A stretch of 64,000 nt of DNA from Candidatus Shapirobacteria bacterium (GCA_022837635.1 JALHFY010000002.1:69055-133054), one strand, 5' to 3'. Counted from the stretch's first letter, positions 1-8,736 are shown. Program-made: numbers and translations. Notes: a model not told the origin generated them from the sequence alone.

Positions 1-221
1 TTTAGGTTTTCTATAAATAAACCTGAATCCATGGCTATAAGAGGTTTTTTAATCTGCTGATAACATTTTTTAACTTTATCAATGATTAAATCTTCTGGAG
101 TATCGGCTTGGATTTCATCTACAGTTACTTCGGTGCCTATAACTTTAATTTTGTATTTGTTCAAGACTAACTGTGCGGATTCAATTTTGTTTTTGTTGGT
201 GGTGGTGAAAATGATTTGCAT
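1..221 (-). CDS. Ham1/ITPase-family non-canonical purine NTP pyrophosphatase (runs off window start)
   Basis: Translated by hand: MQIIFTTTNKNKIESAQ...DEIQADT...KPLIAMDSGLFIENL, matching the Ham1 motifs TxNxxK, EIQ and DSGL. Confidence 0.8.
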   Translation of the reverse strand, partial: MQIIFTTTNKNKIESAQLVLNKYKIKVIGTEVTVDEIQADTPEDLIIDKVKKCYQQIKKPLIAMDSGLFIENL

Positions 222-284
222 ATACTGTTTATTAATAATTATACTGGGCTGAATTTTGACTTTCCAACTTGTTAAAATAAGTTG

Positions 285-704
285 ATGGAGTTTTTACCAA
301 TATTGGCTGAGTTTTTGGTAAGTGATATGGATAAAAGTTTAAGATTTTATGTGGATATAATCGGTTTTAAGGTGGAATATGGCCGAGATAATCCTAGGTT
401 TGCTTTTTTATCTTTTAACGGCAGTCAAATTATGCTGCAAGAATTAAAACCGGGTGAAAAAGAGGTGGAAAAACTAGAATACCCCTTTGGCAGAGGGATT
501 AATTTTCAGATTGATACTCCCAGTGTGCAAAAAATTATGGATAATTTGAAAAAAAATAATTATCCACTAAAAAGAGGGGTAAAAGATAGTTGGTATCGAG
601 CGGGAAAGGTGGAGTATGGTTGCCGGGAAATTTTAGTGATGGATCCGGATGGGTATTTACTCAGATTTTCGGAAGGGTTAAAAAAACGACAATGTGATAC
701 CTAA
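285..704 (+). CDS. VOC/glyoxalase/bleomycin-resistance family protein
   Basis: VSDMDKSLRFY, YPFGRGINFQI and EILVMDPDGYLLRF motifs. ATG at 285 is preceded by TAAAAT. Confidence 0.85.
   Translation: MEFLPILAEFLVSDMDKSLRFYVDIIGFKVEYGRDNPRFAFLSFNGSQIMLQELKPGEKEVEKLEYPFGRGINFQIDTPSVQKIMDNLKKNNYPLKRGVKDSWYRAGKVEYGCREILVMDPDGYLLRFSEGLKKRQCDT
612..676 (+). repeat. Left copy of 65-bp direct repeat bounding the nucleotide-modification island
   Basis: Matches 5906-5970 with 3 mismatches. Confidence 0.95.
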
Positions 705-728
705 TTAATGAATCAATGGTTAATCTCT

Positions 729-1175
729 TTAGGGTTCTAAATATTGTAAAGATTTTAATAATTGTCCAATAGTACCTGTAGGACTATTGAGTCCGATGGT
801 TTTTAGTTTTTTGGCTTCATCTAAGGAATACCATCCAAAATCATCAAGTTCTTCACATAGTTTTATTTTTAATTCTTTAATTTGCTGTGGCATTTTAATC
901 AGAAAAATTAACCCTAATTTGGTTGGTGAATGAAAATCCTTTGTCCAAGAATAACTATGTAGAAAGATGGGAGTTGAACTGGATTTTAAACCAACTTCCT
1001 CTACCATCTCTCGATAAATTGCTTGTTCTACAGTCTCCCCAACTTCAACCTTACCACCCATATTTTGCCAATATCCTGGAAAAATGTCGTCTGTTTTGGA
1101 TCTTTTTACCAATAAAAATTTGTTTTCTGCCCTGATAACCAGAATGATTGATATGACTTGAAGAGGATGGTTCAT
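729..1175 (-). CDS. NUDIX hydrolase
   Basis: Nudix box GGKVEVGETVEQAIYREMVEEVG. Confidence 0.9.
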   Translation of the reverse strand: MNHPLQVISIILVIRAENKFLLVKRSKTDDIFPGYWQNMGGKVEVGETVEQAIYREMVEEVGLKSSSTPIFLHSYSWTKDFHSPTKLGLIFLIKMPQQIKELKIKLCEELDDFGWYSLDEAKKLKTIGLNSPTGTIGQLLKSLQYLEP

Positions 1176-1186
1176 AATAATGAAGA

Positions 1187-2023
1187 TTATAATTTAAAAA
1201 TAACTTTAGTGCGAGATTCAATATCTTTACCTGTGCTGTTTACAATGAGATTATTGTATTTTTTAATCTTATCGTTAAACCATTTTTGACTTGGTCGATA
1301 TTTACTGTGTTTATGAATTTTTAAAATTTGAATATAGTCATTTTGCCAATCTTGGTAGTTTGCGTTAGCACACATACCATCTTTACCGTACCTAGAAAAG
1401 TATTTGACTAGTGATAAAGGAATATGTAAAAAACCATTAGGATATTTGTTAACAAGTTGCAATAAGAGTTCCCAATCATGCATATATTTAATTTCTTTTC
1501 TCCAAGAGATACCTGGTTCATTTATATGAAAGAGACCATTAGTGTCAAAGCGTTTTGTTCTATTAATTACATCAAAAATATTAATGTTGTCACCAAAAGA
1601 AGATGATTCTTCGGTGTATTTTAATAAAATACCATCTGTATTAAAAAGTTCCCATCTTACATTTTGATTGCAAAATCCAAACTTAATTAAATAATTGTCG
1701 TGTATATGTTGATTAAGATAATAAAGATAATCGTCTCTGTATTCATTATCGCTATCAAGATAGCATATCCATTTGCCTAAAACATGTGTTAATCCGTTAT
1801 TTCTAGCAATACAAGGACCTTGGTTTGGTTGAAAAAAATACTTAATTCGTTCATCATTGAATTCTGCAATTAATTTTTTTGTATCGTCGTTTGAACCATC
1901 ATCTACGATAATAAGTTCCCAGTAAGGATATCTTTGATTAACAACACTAAGAATTGATTTCCAAAGAATATAGGCCCTGTTATAGGTTGGTAATATGATT
2001 GAAAATTTAGGCTTAGGATTCAC
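1187..2023 (-). CDS. Glycosyltransferase family 2
   Basis: SIILPTYNR, VDDGSND, ARNNG and YLDSD motifs. Confidence 0.9.
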   Translation of the reverse strand: MNPKPKFSIILPTYNRAYILWKSILSVVNQRYPYWELIIVDDGSNDDTKKLIAEFNDERIKYFFQPNQGPCIARNNGLTHVLGKWICYLDSDNEYRDDYLYYLNQHIHDNYLIKFGFCNQNVRWELFNTDGILLKYTEESSSFGDNINIFDVINRTKRFDTNGLFHINEPGISWRKEIKYMHDWELLLQLVNKYPNGFLHIPLSLVKYFSRYGKDGMCANANYQDWQNDYIQILKIHKHSKYRPSQKWFNDKIKKYNNLIVNSTGKDIESRTKVIFKL

Positions 2024-2678
2024 CAGACAATAAATTATTAATAATTTTTAAGTCAGATTCTGTGTAAGTAATATTATCTCTAATTAACTGCCAGGTTTCA
2101 TTAAATTGATATTGGGGTCGTCTAGCGAGATTCCAATTCTTGGAGGGATGTAAAGACGCAATTAATGGAATTCGTTGATAATGTAAAATTTGGTTGACTC
2201 TATTACAAAGATTGTCTTTACCTAGTAAAAAATCAACTACTTTATTCCCCAGACAAATTATTAATTCTGGATTAATTATTTCAATTTCTTTCTTTAAATA
2301 AGTTTGTGCACAATAATTGTTTGGGTGTCCTTGGGCGTAGCATTTACAAAAATGAGTCCAATAAAAGTTTCTATTAAATATTTGTTGAAATTGAGAAAAT
2401 TCATGGCGTATTTTATTTACAGACTCTTCTTTGTCACTACCTGTAAAGATTAATGACATAAATCTTAATGCAAAATCAGAATGAGGTACTGTATCGTCGA
2501 GTTTTTTATTTGTATCACTGGATGGATCAGAACTTATAATAATAAAGCGTTGGGTGCTAGAAAAATAATTTAGTACAGGTTTAAATTTCTTAATTCTGCT
2601 GCAAGGAGGAGCTGCTTGTTTATAAAGTGGACATTGGCGAATATGAGAAAAAAATGTGTTGATTTGCACAGAACTCAT
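2013..2678 (-). CDS. Uracil-DNA glycosylase superfamily protein (family 4/5-like, deviant motifs)
   Basis: IISSDP, YWTHFCKCY, C..YLKKEIEIINPELIICLG and SLHPS motifs, with Cys residues suited to an Fe-S cluster. Confidence 0.75.
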   Translation of the reverse strand: MSSVQINTFFSHIRQCPLYKQAAPPCSRIKKFKPVLNYFSSTQRFIIISSDPSSDTNKKLDDTVPHSDFALRFMSLIFTGSDKEESVNKIRHEFSQFQQIFNRNFYWTHFCKCYAQGHPNNYCAQTYLKKEIEIINPELIICLGNKVVDFLLGKDNLCNRVNQILHYQRIPLIASLHPSKNWNLARRPQYQFNETWQLIRDNITYTESDLKIINNLLSGES

Positions 2679-2679
2679 A

Positions 2680-3228
2680 TTAGTATAAAGACGCAGGTTT
2701 AAGATAAAAATGACTAGACCCCATAGTAATTTTGACTATTTTACGAGTAGTTTCTGGAAATCTACACTCTAGCAAGATTCGATTTAATAAATTGCAAGCA
2801 AAAAGTGCATCCCATGGTAAAAGTTTTACAACATCAGTACTTCGAATGTGCATGAATAATATGGCTGTTTTATGTCTGTAAATTATTTGGACATGAGAGA
2901 TACAATCGGTTGTAGAAAACACGAATCTACGTGAAGTGTAGTCTTGAGTCTTGTCAAAATAAAAAAGTTGTTCAATGGACTGTTTTAATCCTCTAAAAAT
3001 TAATTCATATAGATTGTGTTCTAGACTTCTAATTACTTGGGTTTTTATGCCCTTTGCTTCATAAGAATCTCGAATACTGTTTTCTTCCTCAAGTAAATTC
3101 ATTTTGGTGATATCTAGCTCAATTACTTCTCCTACTAATTCTTTAGTGCCGTTTATTTCTGTCCCCTTAGTTTCAATTTTGTTATAAAGATCAATAGTAT
3201 GTTGAATGATGATTGCGTTATTTTTCAT
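2680..3228 (-). CDS. Minimal thymidylate-synthase-fold protein, dCMP hydroxymethylase-like
   Basis: SRR...DCISHVQ...RSTDVVKLLPWD...GSSHFY parallels the TS / T4 gp42 catalytic motifs. Confidence 0.7.
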   Translation of the reverse strand: MKNNAIIIQHTIDLYNKIETKGTEINGTKELVGEVIELDITKMNLLEEENSIRDSYEAKGIKTQVIRSLEHNLYELIFRGLKQSIEQLFYFDKTQDYTSRRFVFSTTDCISHVQIIYRHKTAILFMHIRSTDVVKLLPWDALFACNLLNRILLECRFPETTRKIVKITMGSSHFYLKPASLY

Positions 3229-3652
3229 ATTTTTGTATTTTAACTATTATTTCATCAACTGTGTCTTGAATAGACTTATTGGTTGTATCCACCACTTCGA
3301 TTGGTATTAAAGAAACTTGTTGATATTTTTGATAGGCTTTAATCGCTTTGTCGAGTAATAAAATCCTTTCATTAGGTGATTCATCCTCTTTTTTGATCCT
3401 TTCTATAAGAATATTTCTATCGCATTGTAAAAGAATTGTAATTACTGGTGTTGATTTTATTGATGCTAATTCTTTCTCGATTTTTAATAACTCTTTAAAT
3501 CTGTTTCTTCTCTGGGTAATAAGATCATATACAAAAGCGGAACCTAAACACCTATCAATACAAAAGTGTTGATAATTAGTGGCTTGATCAACAGCTTTAA
3601 GAAGAGTTGATTTTCCGGTTTTGTCTACACCTTCAAAGAAGATAAAAGCCAT
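3218..3652 (-). CDS. dNMP/thymidylate kinase-like P-loop kinase
   Basis: FEGVDKTGKST P-loop and IDR..S.VY motif. Confidence 0.8.
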   Translation of the reverse strand: MAFIFFEGVDKTGKSTLLKAVDQATNYQHFCIDRCLGSAFVYDLITQRRNRFKELLKIEKELASIKSTPVITILLQCDRNILIERIKKEDESPNERILLLDKAIKAYQKYQQVSLIPIEVVDTTNKSIQDTVDEIIVKIQKYEK

Positions 3653-4560
3653 TAAATTTTTTTAAAACCTATATATTTTTCTGTCCTTACGGGTGGTAAG
3701 TCGTACACCATTTCAAATACTGTTTTATTATAAATAAAGTTTTTCTTGTTATAGTCAAAATCATGAATACTATCAGGAATAAACATTGATGTACCAGTTA
3801 AACGATCAGATTTCGTGTAAAAACAATTACCACTTTGACACTTGTTTTCTAAAAGTTTTTTCAAAAAGGGAAAACGTTTCAGTATAACTTTTCTCATTTT
3901 TCTGGCTACAATAACCATTTCTGGTTCTTGTGTTTGGGTACAATCTCTTTTTTGTATAAAACTTATTAAAGTAACCAGATTAAATTTGACATAAATAAAT
4001 GTCTCTAAACAGTGTGGAAGTATTCGTCTGGCATCTAAGATGGGTATATCCATCGTATCTAACATATCAGCATATATTTTTTTTGATGTTAATACATTGT
4101 GCTGGAATTGCTTATACAGAGGCTTGTTTTTATACAGACTTCTTGGAACTAAGACATCATGATGTCTCCAATCCTTATCTCCTGAGCATTGCTGAGAATA
4201 AGTAGCACCTATTCTATTTCTAACGATTTGGTGGGTGACAATACGAGTAATTCCTGATATTGAAAACACAAAATCATAGAGTTCTAATGAAAGAGGCAGA
4301 CCATTACCCTGAAATGCTGCTATATTGAGATTTGATAATAGTTTGTGGTCTTTTTTGGGATTAACACCGGGTACATAAGGATTATTGGCCCACGTTGCTT
4401 GTTGAAAGGCATAGGAAGATAAGTGTATGCTTTCATCCGGCCAATGTATTAAATCAACCTTGATTGAAGTTAATCCGTCTTTAAACTTAGTTTTAGGAAT
4501 TTCGCCTTTAAGCACGTAAGATGGTTTTTTCCTAACCGGAATGGTGTTTTTATGTGGCAT
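3652..4560 (-). CDS. ThyX-like flavin-dependent thymidylate synthase homolog (deviant)
   Basis: FSISGITRIVTHQIVRNR, YSQQ, DARRILP and FIQKR.C...Q.E motifs. Confidence 0.8.
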   Translation of the reverse strand: MPHKNTIPVRKKPSYVLKGEIPKTKFKDGLTSIKVDLIHWPDESIHLSSYAFQQATWANNPYVPGVNPKKDHKLLSNLNIAAFQGNGLPLSLELYDFVFSISGITRIVTHQIVRNRIGATYSQQCSGDKDWRHHDVLVPRSLYKNKPLYKQFQHNVLTSKKIYADMLDTMDIPILDARRILPHCLETFIYVKFNLVTLISFIQKRDCTQTQEPEMVIVARKMRKVILKRFPFLKKLLENKCQSGNCFYTKSDRLTGTSMFIPDSIHDFDYNKKNFIYNKTVFEMVYDLPPVRTEKYIGFKKI

Positions 4561-5812
4561 CGGCTTGTTTTTTGGGTTTTATAAATTTTTTGTAACGATT
4601 GTCAATAATTTTTGATTTTCTCCAAAATTCTGTAAAAAAATCTTCGATACTGAATCCCCAGACGTTTCCAATCCCTAACCAATATTTAAACACATCAATC
4701 CACTCTTCAAGGATTTGTGATTTATCTATTTGAACAGTTTTGTATTCTTCAGTTTTCCAGTTAATTTTACTTAGTAATTCGTGGACTTCATCAGTAAGTC
4801 TTAAAGCAAAATCTTTAGTTAATACCTGTTGTTTATCAATATCTTGAACATTAAAGTCAAAAAAATTAAGGTTGAAGTCTTTCTGTTTATTCCAGACTGA
4901 TACAAAATCAAACTGTGTAATAGATTGTTTAATAACCTCTTGAATTTTTACTCTATGATCCCATGTGGCAAACCTACCTAAAAACCTGACTTTGGGGGGC
5001 GGAATATTGTTTAGATTACTCTTAACAATACCATAGTGATCATACCAGTGATTAATAATTTTTAGACCAGGTACTAGTTTCTTTATTTCATTTTTTTCGT
5101 ATTTTCCTGTAAACTCATATAGAAAGATACCATTTTTCATGCTGTTTACTCTGGTATAAGGAATTTTTTTGTCACCAAAATATACCAAGTCCCATATTAT
5201 TTTTTGGTCTGGCAATGGGTTTGTCCTAGAGACTACAAAGGTAATAGGAAGAGCTTCTAATTTTTTTTCTTGTTGATAAAGTTTCCAAAAAACTGGAGCG
5301 GGAATAGTTGAAATGAGTTGAGTATACGGAAATCGACCTGTTTCGCATATTATCTCATCACTGGTAATACGTATAGCTTTGTCTTTTATAATATGGATTC
5401 TTTTTTCTAATTTAGAAATTAATGTTTGATAGTTGATATCAAGAATTGGAATATAATTATCCTGATACGAAAGAGTCTTATCTTTATTTAGATTATTGTT
5501 GGGAGCACAGTTCATTTTCTTTGAGATAATCCTGTCTGTTTCTTGAAGGTTGACAGCATCTTTTAATTTGCCGTCAATAAAATATTTGATTACATGTGTT
5601 TTAAGTCTTAATGGAATATCAAGATCTGATAATAATTTCCTAGTCTCTAAAGAATCATGAATTAACACAGTACCAGCAATGTGTTCATTAGATAATTTAC
5701 CTCCAATTTCTGGCGAAATTACAATGTAATCTGGATTGTAAAAAGCAAATAATAGGCCAGAAATACCACCTCCAAGGATATATTTACAATTAGAATTCGT
5801 TTTAGAATTCAT
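4550..5812 (-). CDS. FAD-dependent oxidoreductase fused to C-terminal dimeric all-alpha dUTPase/dCTPase-like domain
   Basis: N-terminal ILGGGISGL and FLGRFATW. C-terminal Q..F...ALRLTDEVHELL..WK...LEEWIDVF...RK motifs. Confidence 0.7.
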   Translation of the reverse strand: MNSKTNSNCKYILGGGISGLLFAFYNPDYIVISPEIGGKLSNEHIAGTVLIHDSLETRKLLSDLDIPLRLKTHVIKYFIDGKLKDAVNLQETDRIISKKMNCAPNNNLNKDKTLSYQDNYIPILDINYQTLISKLEKRIHIIKDKAIRITSDEIICETGRFPYTQLISTIPAPVFWKLYQQEKKLEALPITFVVSRTNPLPDQKIIWDLVYFGDKKIPYTRVNSMKNGIFLYEFTGKYEKNEIKKLVPGLKIINHWYDHYGIVKSNLNNIPPPKVRFLGRFATWDHRVKIQEVIKQSITQFDFVSVWNKQKDFNLNFFDFNVQDIDKQQVLTKDFALRLTDEVHELLSKINWKTEEYKTVQIDKSQILEEWIDVFKYWLGIGNVWGFSIEDFFTEFWRKSKIIDNRYKKFIKPKKQADAT

Positions 5813-5905
5813 TGTGTGTAATTGTACCGTAAAATGTGGAAAAAAACAATGGTTATTCCCGGTACAAAAGAATATGGAACATAGACTCTAATTTTTTAAC
5901 TAATT

Positions 5906-5970
5906 GAATATGGTTGTCGGGAAATTTTGGTGATGGATCCGGATGGGTATTTACTCAGATTTTCGGAAGG
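5906..5970 (+). repeat. Right copy of 65-bp direct repeat (duplicated VOC gene 3' end)
   Basis: Reads EYGCREILVMDPDGYLLRFSEG, then continues LGGEEIK-stop. Confidence 0.95.
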
Positions 5971-6437
5971 CTTGGGGGGTGAAGAGATAAAATAAATTTA
6001 TCTAATTCTTTAGTGTGCTTAAAAATCAGAATGCGGGCTTGAGGTGAATGGGTTTTAATTAGTCTCATAATCTTGGGACGACTGGTAAAGCGCCAGGTAA
6101 TTAACCACCACCAAAAATCAAACCTTTCTTTGTCTCTCTTAATAGCTCGACTAAGACAGCACAGGAGAGGGAAATCCAAAATGATAATGGTGTCAGCAGC
6201 TTTGAGTCTAACCTCAAGAGCATCGTATTTACCTAAGTCACCGTCGATAATCCATGCTTTATCAACAACTAGTTTTTTCTGAATTTTTTTCCATTGATTA
6301 ATAGGAGTAGGAATCAGGCCGGGTTGCCAAAAATATTTATCTAACTCCAGGTGAGGAATGTTTAGTATTTGGCTAAGTTTTTTGGCGAGAGTAGTTTTAC
6401 CGGATGCTCCAGGTCCGAGAATGATAATTTTTTTCAT
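5955..6437 (-). CDS. FlaR/topology-modulation-like adenylate-kinase-family P-loop protein
   Basis: IILGPGASGKTTLA, LDKYFW and WIIDG motifs. Confidence 0.8.
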   Translation of the reverse strand: MKKIIILGPGASGKTTLAKKLSQILNIPHLELDKYFWQPGLIPTPINQWKKIQKKLVVDKAWIIDGDLGKYDALEVRLKAADTIIILDFPLLCCLSRAIKRDKERFDFWWWLITWRFTSRPKIMRLIKTHSPQARILIFKHTKELDKFILSLHPPSLPKI

Positions 6438-6449
6438 AGTTGATTTGAA

Positions 6450-7430
6450 TTAACAAAATTTAGAGAGAATGCTTAATAATTTTTGACTGCTTTCCTGAAT
6501 TCCTTTTTTGTAATCTTGTGAACAATACCAAGATAAGGTATCCAAGCCCATGTCTAATTGAATTAGATAAAACAAATCTTCGTAAGATGAAGATTTTAAG
6601 AGACTTTTGTTTTGGTAGCCTTCTATCAGATATTTATATAAATTATTATCTCCGTAAAAAAATTCCCAACGCGCTAAATCAAAAACAGGACTATGCCCCA
6701 AAACATCTTCAAAGTCAATAATACCAGTAATTTTATTATCTTCACAAACAATATGTTTCGGACCAAAATCTCCATGAACCATAAAAGAATTTATGTTTGG
6801 AAATGTCCTGGCAGTTTTGTTAATTATAGAAATGATAGTTTGAATTTTTTGTCTAGATAAGAGGGATTTTTGAGATAATTTAAGATAATTCATAGAGTCT
6901 TTGTTTTTTTGAGTCATAAGTTCAATAAAACTAGAATATATGCCTTGACCAGATGGTTTTAAATGTCCAAAACCTGATATAGAGATACTATGAATTTTGG
7001 AAAGAATATTGCCAGCTTCAATTAAAATTTTCTTAAGATTTGAAGGGGATATTTGTTTTATTTGTGTACCAATACCAAGTGTATGTCCAGGAAGTTTGTT
7101 TTCGAAACAAAGTAGTAACTTACGACCTTGTAATTCAATTTCTTGAATAGCAATAACTTCGGGACAAGGAATATTTAATAGACGACATTGTTGGAACGCC
7201 CACTTCTCTTGATAAAAACCACCTTTAGAACGATTATGACTAATTCGTAAAATGATTTCTTTGTTATTTTTTAATTTAATTTCGTAAACTTCATTAATTT
7301 CACCAGCAACTATCCTTTTTTTGAATATAGGTTTACTTTTAGTAATTTTATAAATACACGCATCGAGAAAAGCGCTGTCTGTATTTTTTTGAAGGTGTAA
7401 CTTGTCGAGATATGTTTGATAATTAGACAC
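6450..7430 (-). CDS. Aminoglycoside phosphotransferase / choline kinase family protein
   Basis: VHGDFGPKHI, GIIDFED and DLA motifs. Confidence 0.85.
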   Translation of the reverse strand: MSNYQTYLDKLHLQKNTDSAFLDACIYKITKSKPIFKKRIVAGEINEVYEIKLKNNKEIILRISHNRSKGGFYQEKWAFQQCRLLNIPCPEVIAIQEIELQGRKLLLCFENKLPGHTLGIGTQIKQISPSNLKKILIEAGNILSKIHSISISGFGHLKPSGQGIYSSFIELMTQKNKDSMNYLKLSQKSLLSRQKIQTIISIINKTARTFPNINSFMVHGDFGPKHIVCEDNKITGIIDFEDVLGHSPVFDLARWEFFYGDNNLYKYLIEGYQNKSLLKSSSYEDLFYLIQLDMGLDTLSWYCSQDYKKGIQESSQKLLSILSKFC

Positions 7431-8676
7431 GCTGTTTCAGTAAAGATAAAGAGTGTTTGTAGGCGATAAGAACATCCTCAATACAATTACTCCAATTTCT
7501 TTCTTTGGAAACATATTTACGAGCTGAAACTGAAAGTCGAGTGACTAGAGAAGTATCATTATAAAGTGTTTCAATAGCATTTGGGTACTTAGAAAAATCA
7601 TTTTCAACAATCATGTATTTTTTAATATCAAGCTCTAAACCTTCAACAGATAAGTCAGTCCCAATAACAGGAATCCCAGCGGCCATATAGTCTAAAATTT
7701 TCAGTCTAGTACCAGAACCGGTTATTAAGGGAGCTAAAGCAATATCTACTTGATTAAATAAGTGATTCAAGTCGTCAACCCATCCTAAAAACTTAATGTT
7801 TGGAGAAGAATATTTGCGTTGTAAAAAAGGCGAGCCTTTACCAGCTATTAGAAAATTTTTATTTACTTTGGGAGAAATTTGTGTGGCAATAATATCGACA
7901 GCCTGTTGATTAGGGGTATAGTTTAAGTGCCCTAAAAATAGGACATTATTATTGGTAAGATGGTGACGTTTTTTAAATTTTATATTGTCGACAGTAATGC
8001 CACCTCTATATATGAAAAGTTTATCCTTGGAACATCCTAAGTTTAGGATGGAATCATAATTTTCTTTAGAACGAACAATAACAGTGTCAGAGTTTTGAAT
8101 AGCTTGTTTTTCTTCTTCTTTAATACGCTCAATCTCTTGGGGATGGGCACCTAATTGTTTAATTAATTCGTTTTCTACATTATGAACTTCAAAAAGGAGT
8201 TTACAAGAGCTAGGTAATAATTGATGTTGAATATTGATTGCTTCGGCTGAATCAAAATGACATATCTGAATACCTAAGGAATTAATAGCCGTAGATATAA
8301 GTTTTTTGTTGGTGTAAAAATCTTTAGGATCAATAAAAACGGTGTGAAAATTTTGTTCTTTATAAAGATTAAAATCTGACCAACCTCGATAACAATAAAA
8401 TAAATAAACTTCAATATTTTTTTTAGAAAGAGCGTTAATCATTCCAAGAATTGAAGTAACAGCGCCAGTAGAAACCGGAAGAAAGGGACCGTCACGAAAA
8501 AAGGCTACTTTTATTTTTTGATTATTTTGTTTAGTTTGATCTAAATTTCCAAAAAATATTTTTCGAGAATTTTTAGGTATAACAACAATTTGTCCAGGAG
8601 TGGTTAAATCAAATTCTTTCTTATTTGAATCGTTTTGAAGAATTTCTTCTATCCAGAGAGGAAGTTTCTTGGTCAT
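7423..8676 (-). CDS. Glycosyltransferase family 4
   Basis: FLGHLNYTPN and GSGTRLKILDYMAAGIPVI motifs. Confidence 0.85.
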   Translation of the reverse strand: MTKKLPLWIEEILQNDSNKKEFDLTTPGQIVVIPKNSRKIFFGNLDQTKQNNQKIKVAFFRDGPFLPVSTGAVTSILGMINALSKKNIEVYLFYCYRGWSDFNLYKEQNFHTVFIDPKDFYTNKKLISTAINSLGIQICHFDSAEAINIQHQLLPSSCKLLFEVHNVENELIKQLGAHPQEIERIKEEEKQAIQNSDTVIVRSKENYDSILNLGCSKDKLFIYRGGITVDNIKFKKRHHLTNNNVLFLGHLNYTPNQQAVDIIATQISPKVNKNFLIAGKGSPFLQRKYSSPNIKFLGWVDDLNHLFNQVDIALAPLITGSGTRLKILDYMAAGIPVIGTDLSVEGLELDIKKYMIVENDFSKYPNAIETLYNDTSLVTRLSVSARKYVSKERNWSNCIEDVLIAYKHSLSLLKQRV

Positions 8677-8736
8677 GTATTAAAAATTTGGGTTATTTTA
8701 ACATAAAAATCATTTTTATGGTATTATTCGCCCAAG

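Noticed and set aside
729-5812. Prophage interpretation of the modification operon
   Set aside because: No integrase, terminase, capsid, tail or phage replication genes occur in or near the island.
5835-5843. DnaA-box-like TGTGGAAAA in the island promoter
   Set aside because: It is a single one-mismatch box in AT-rich DNA and is plausible by chance.
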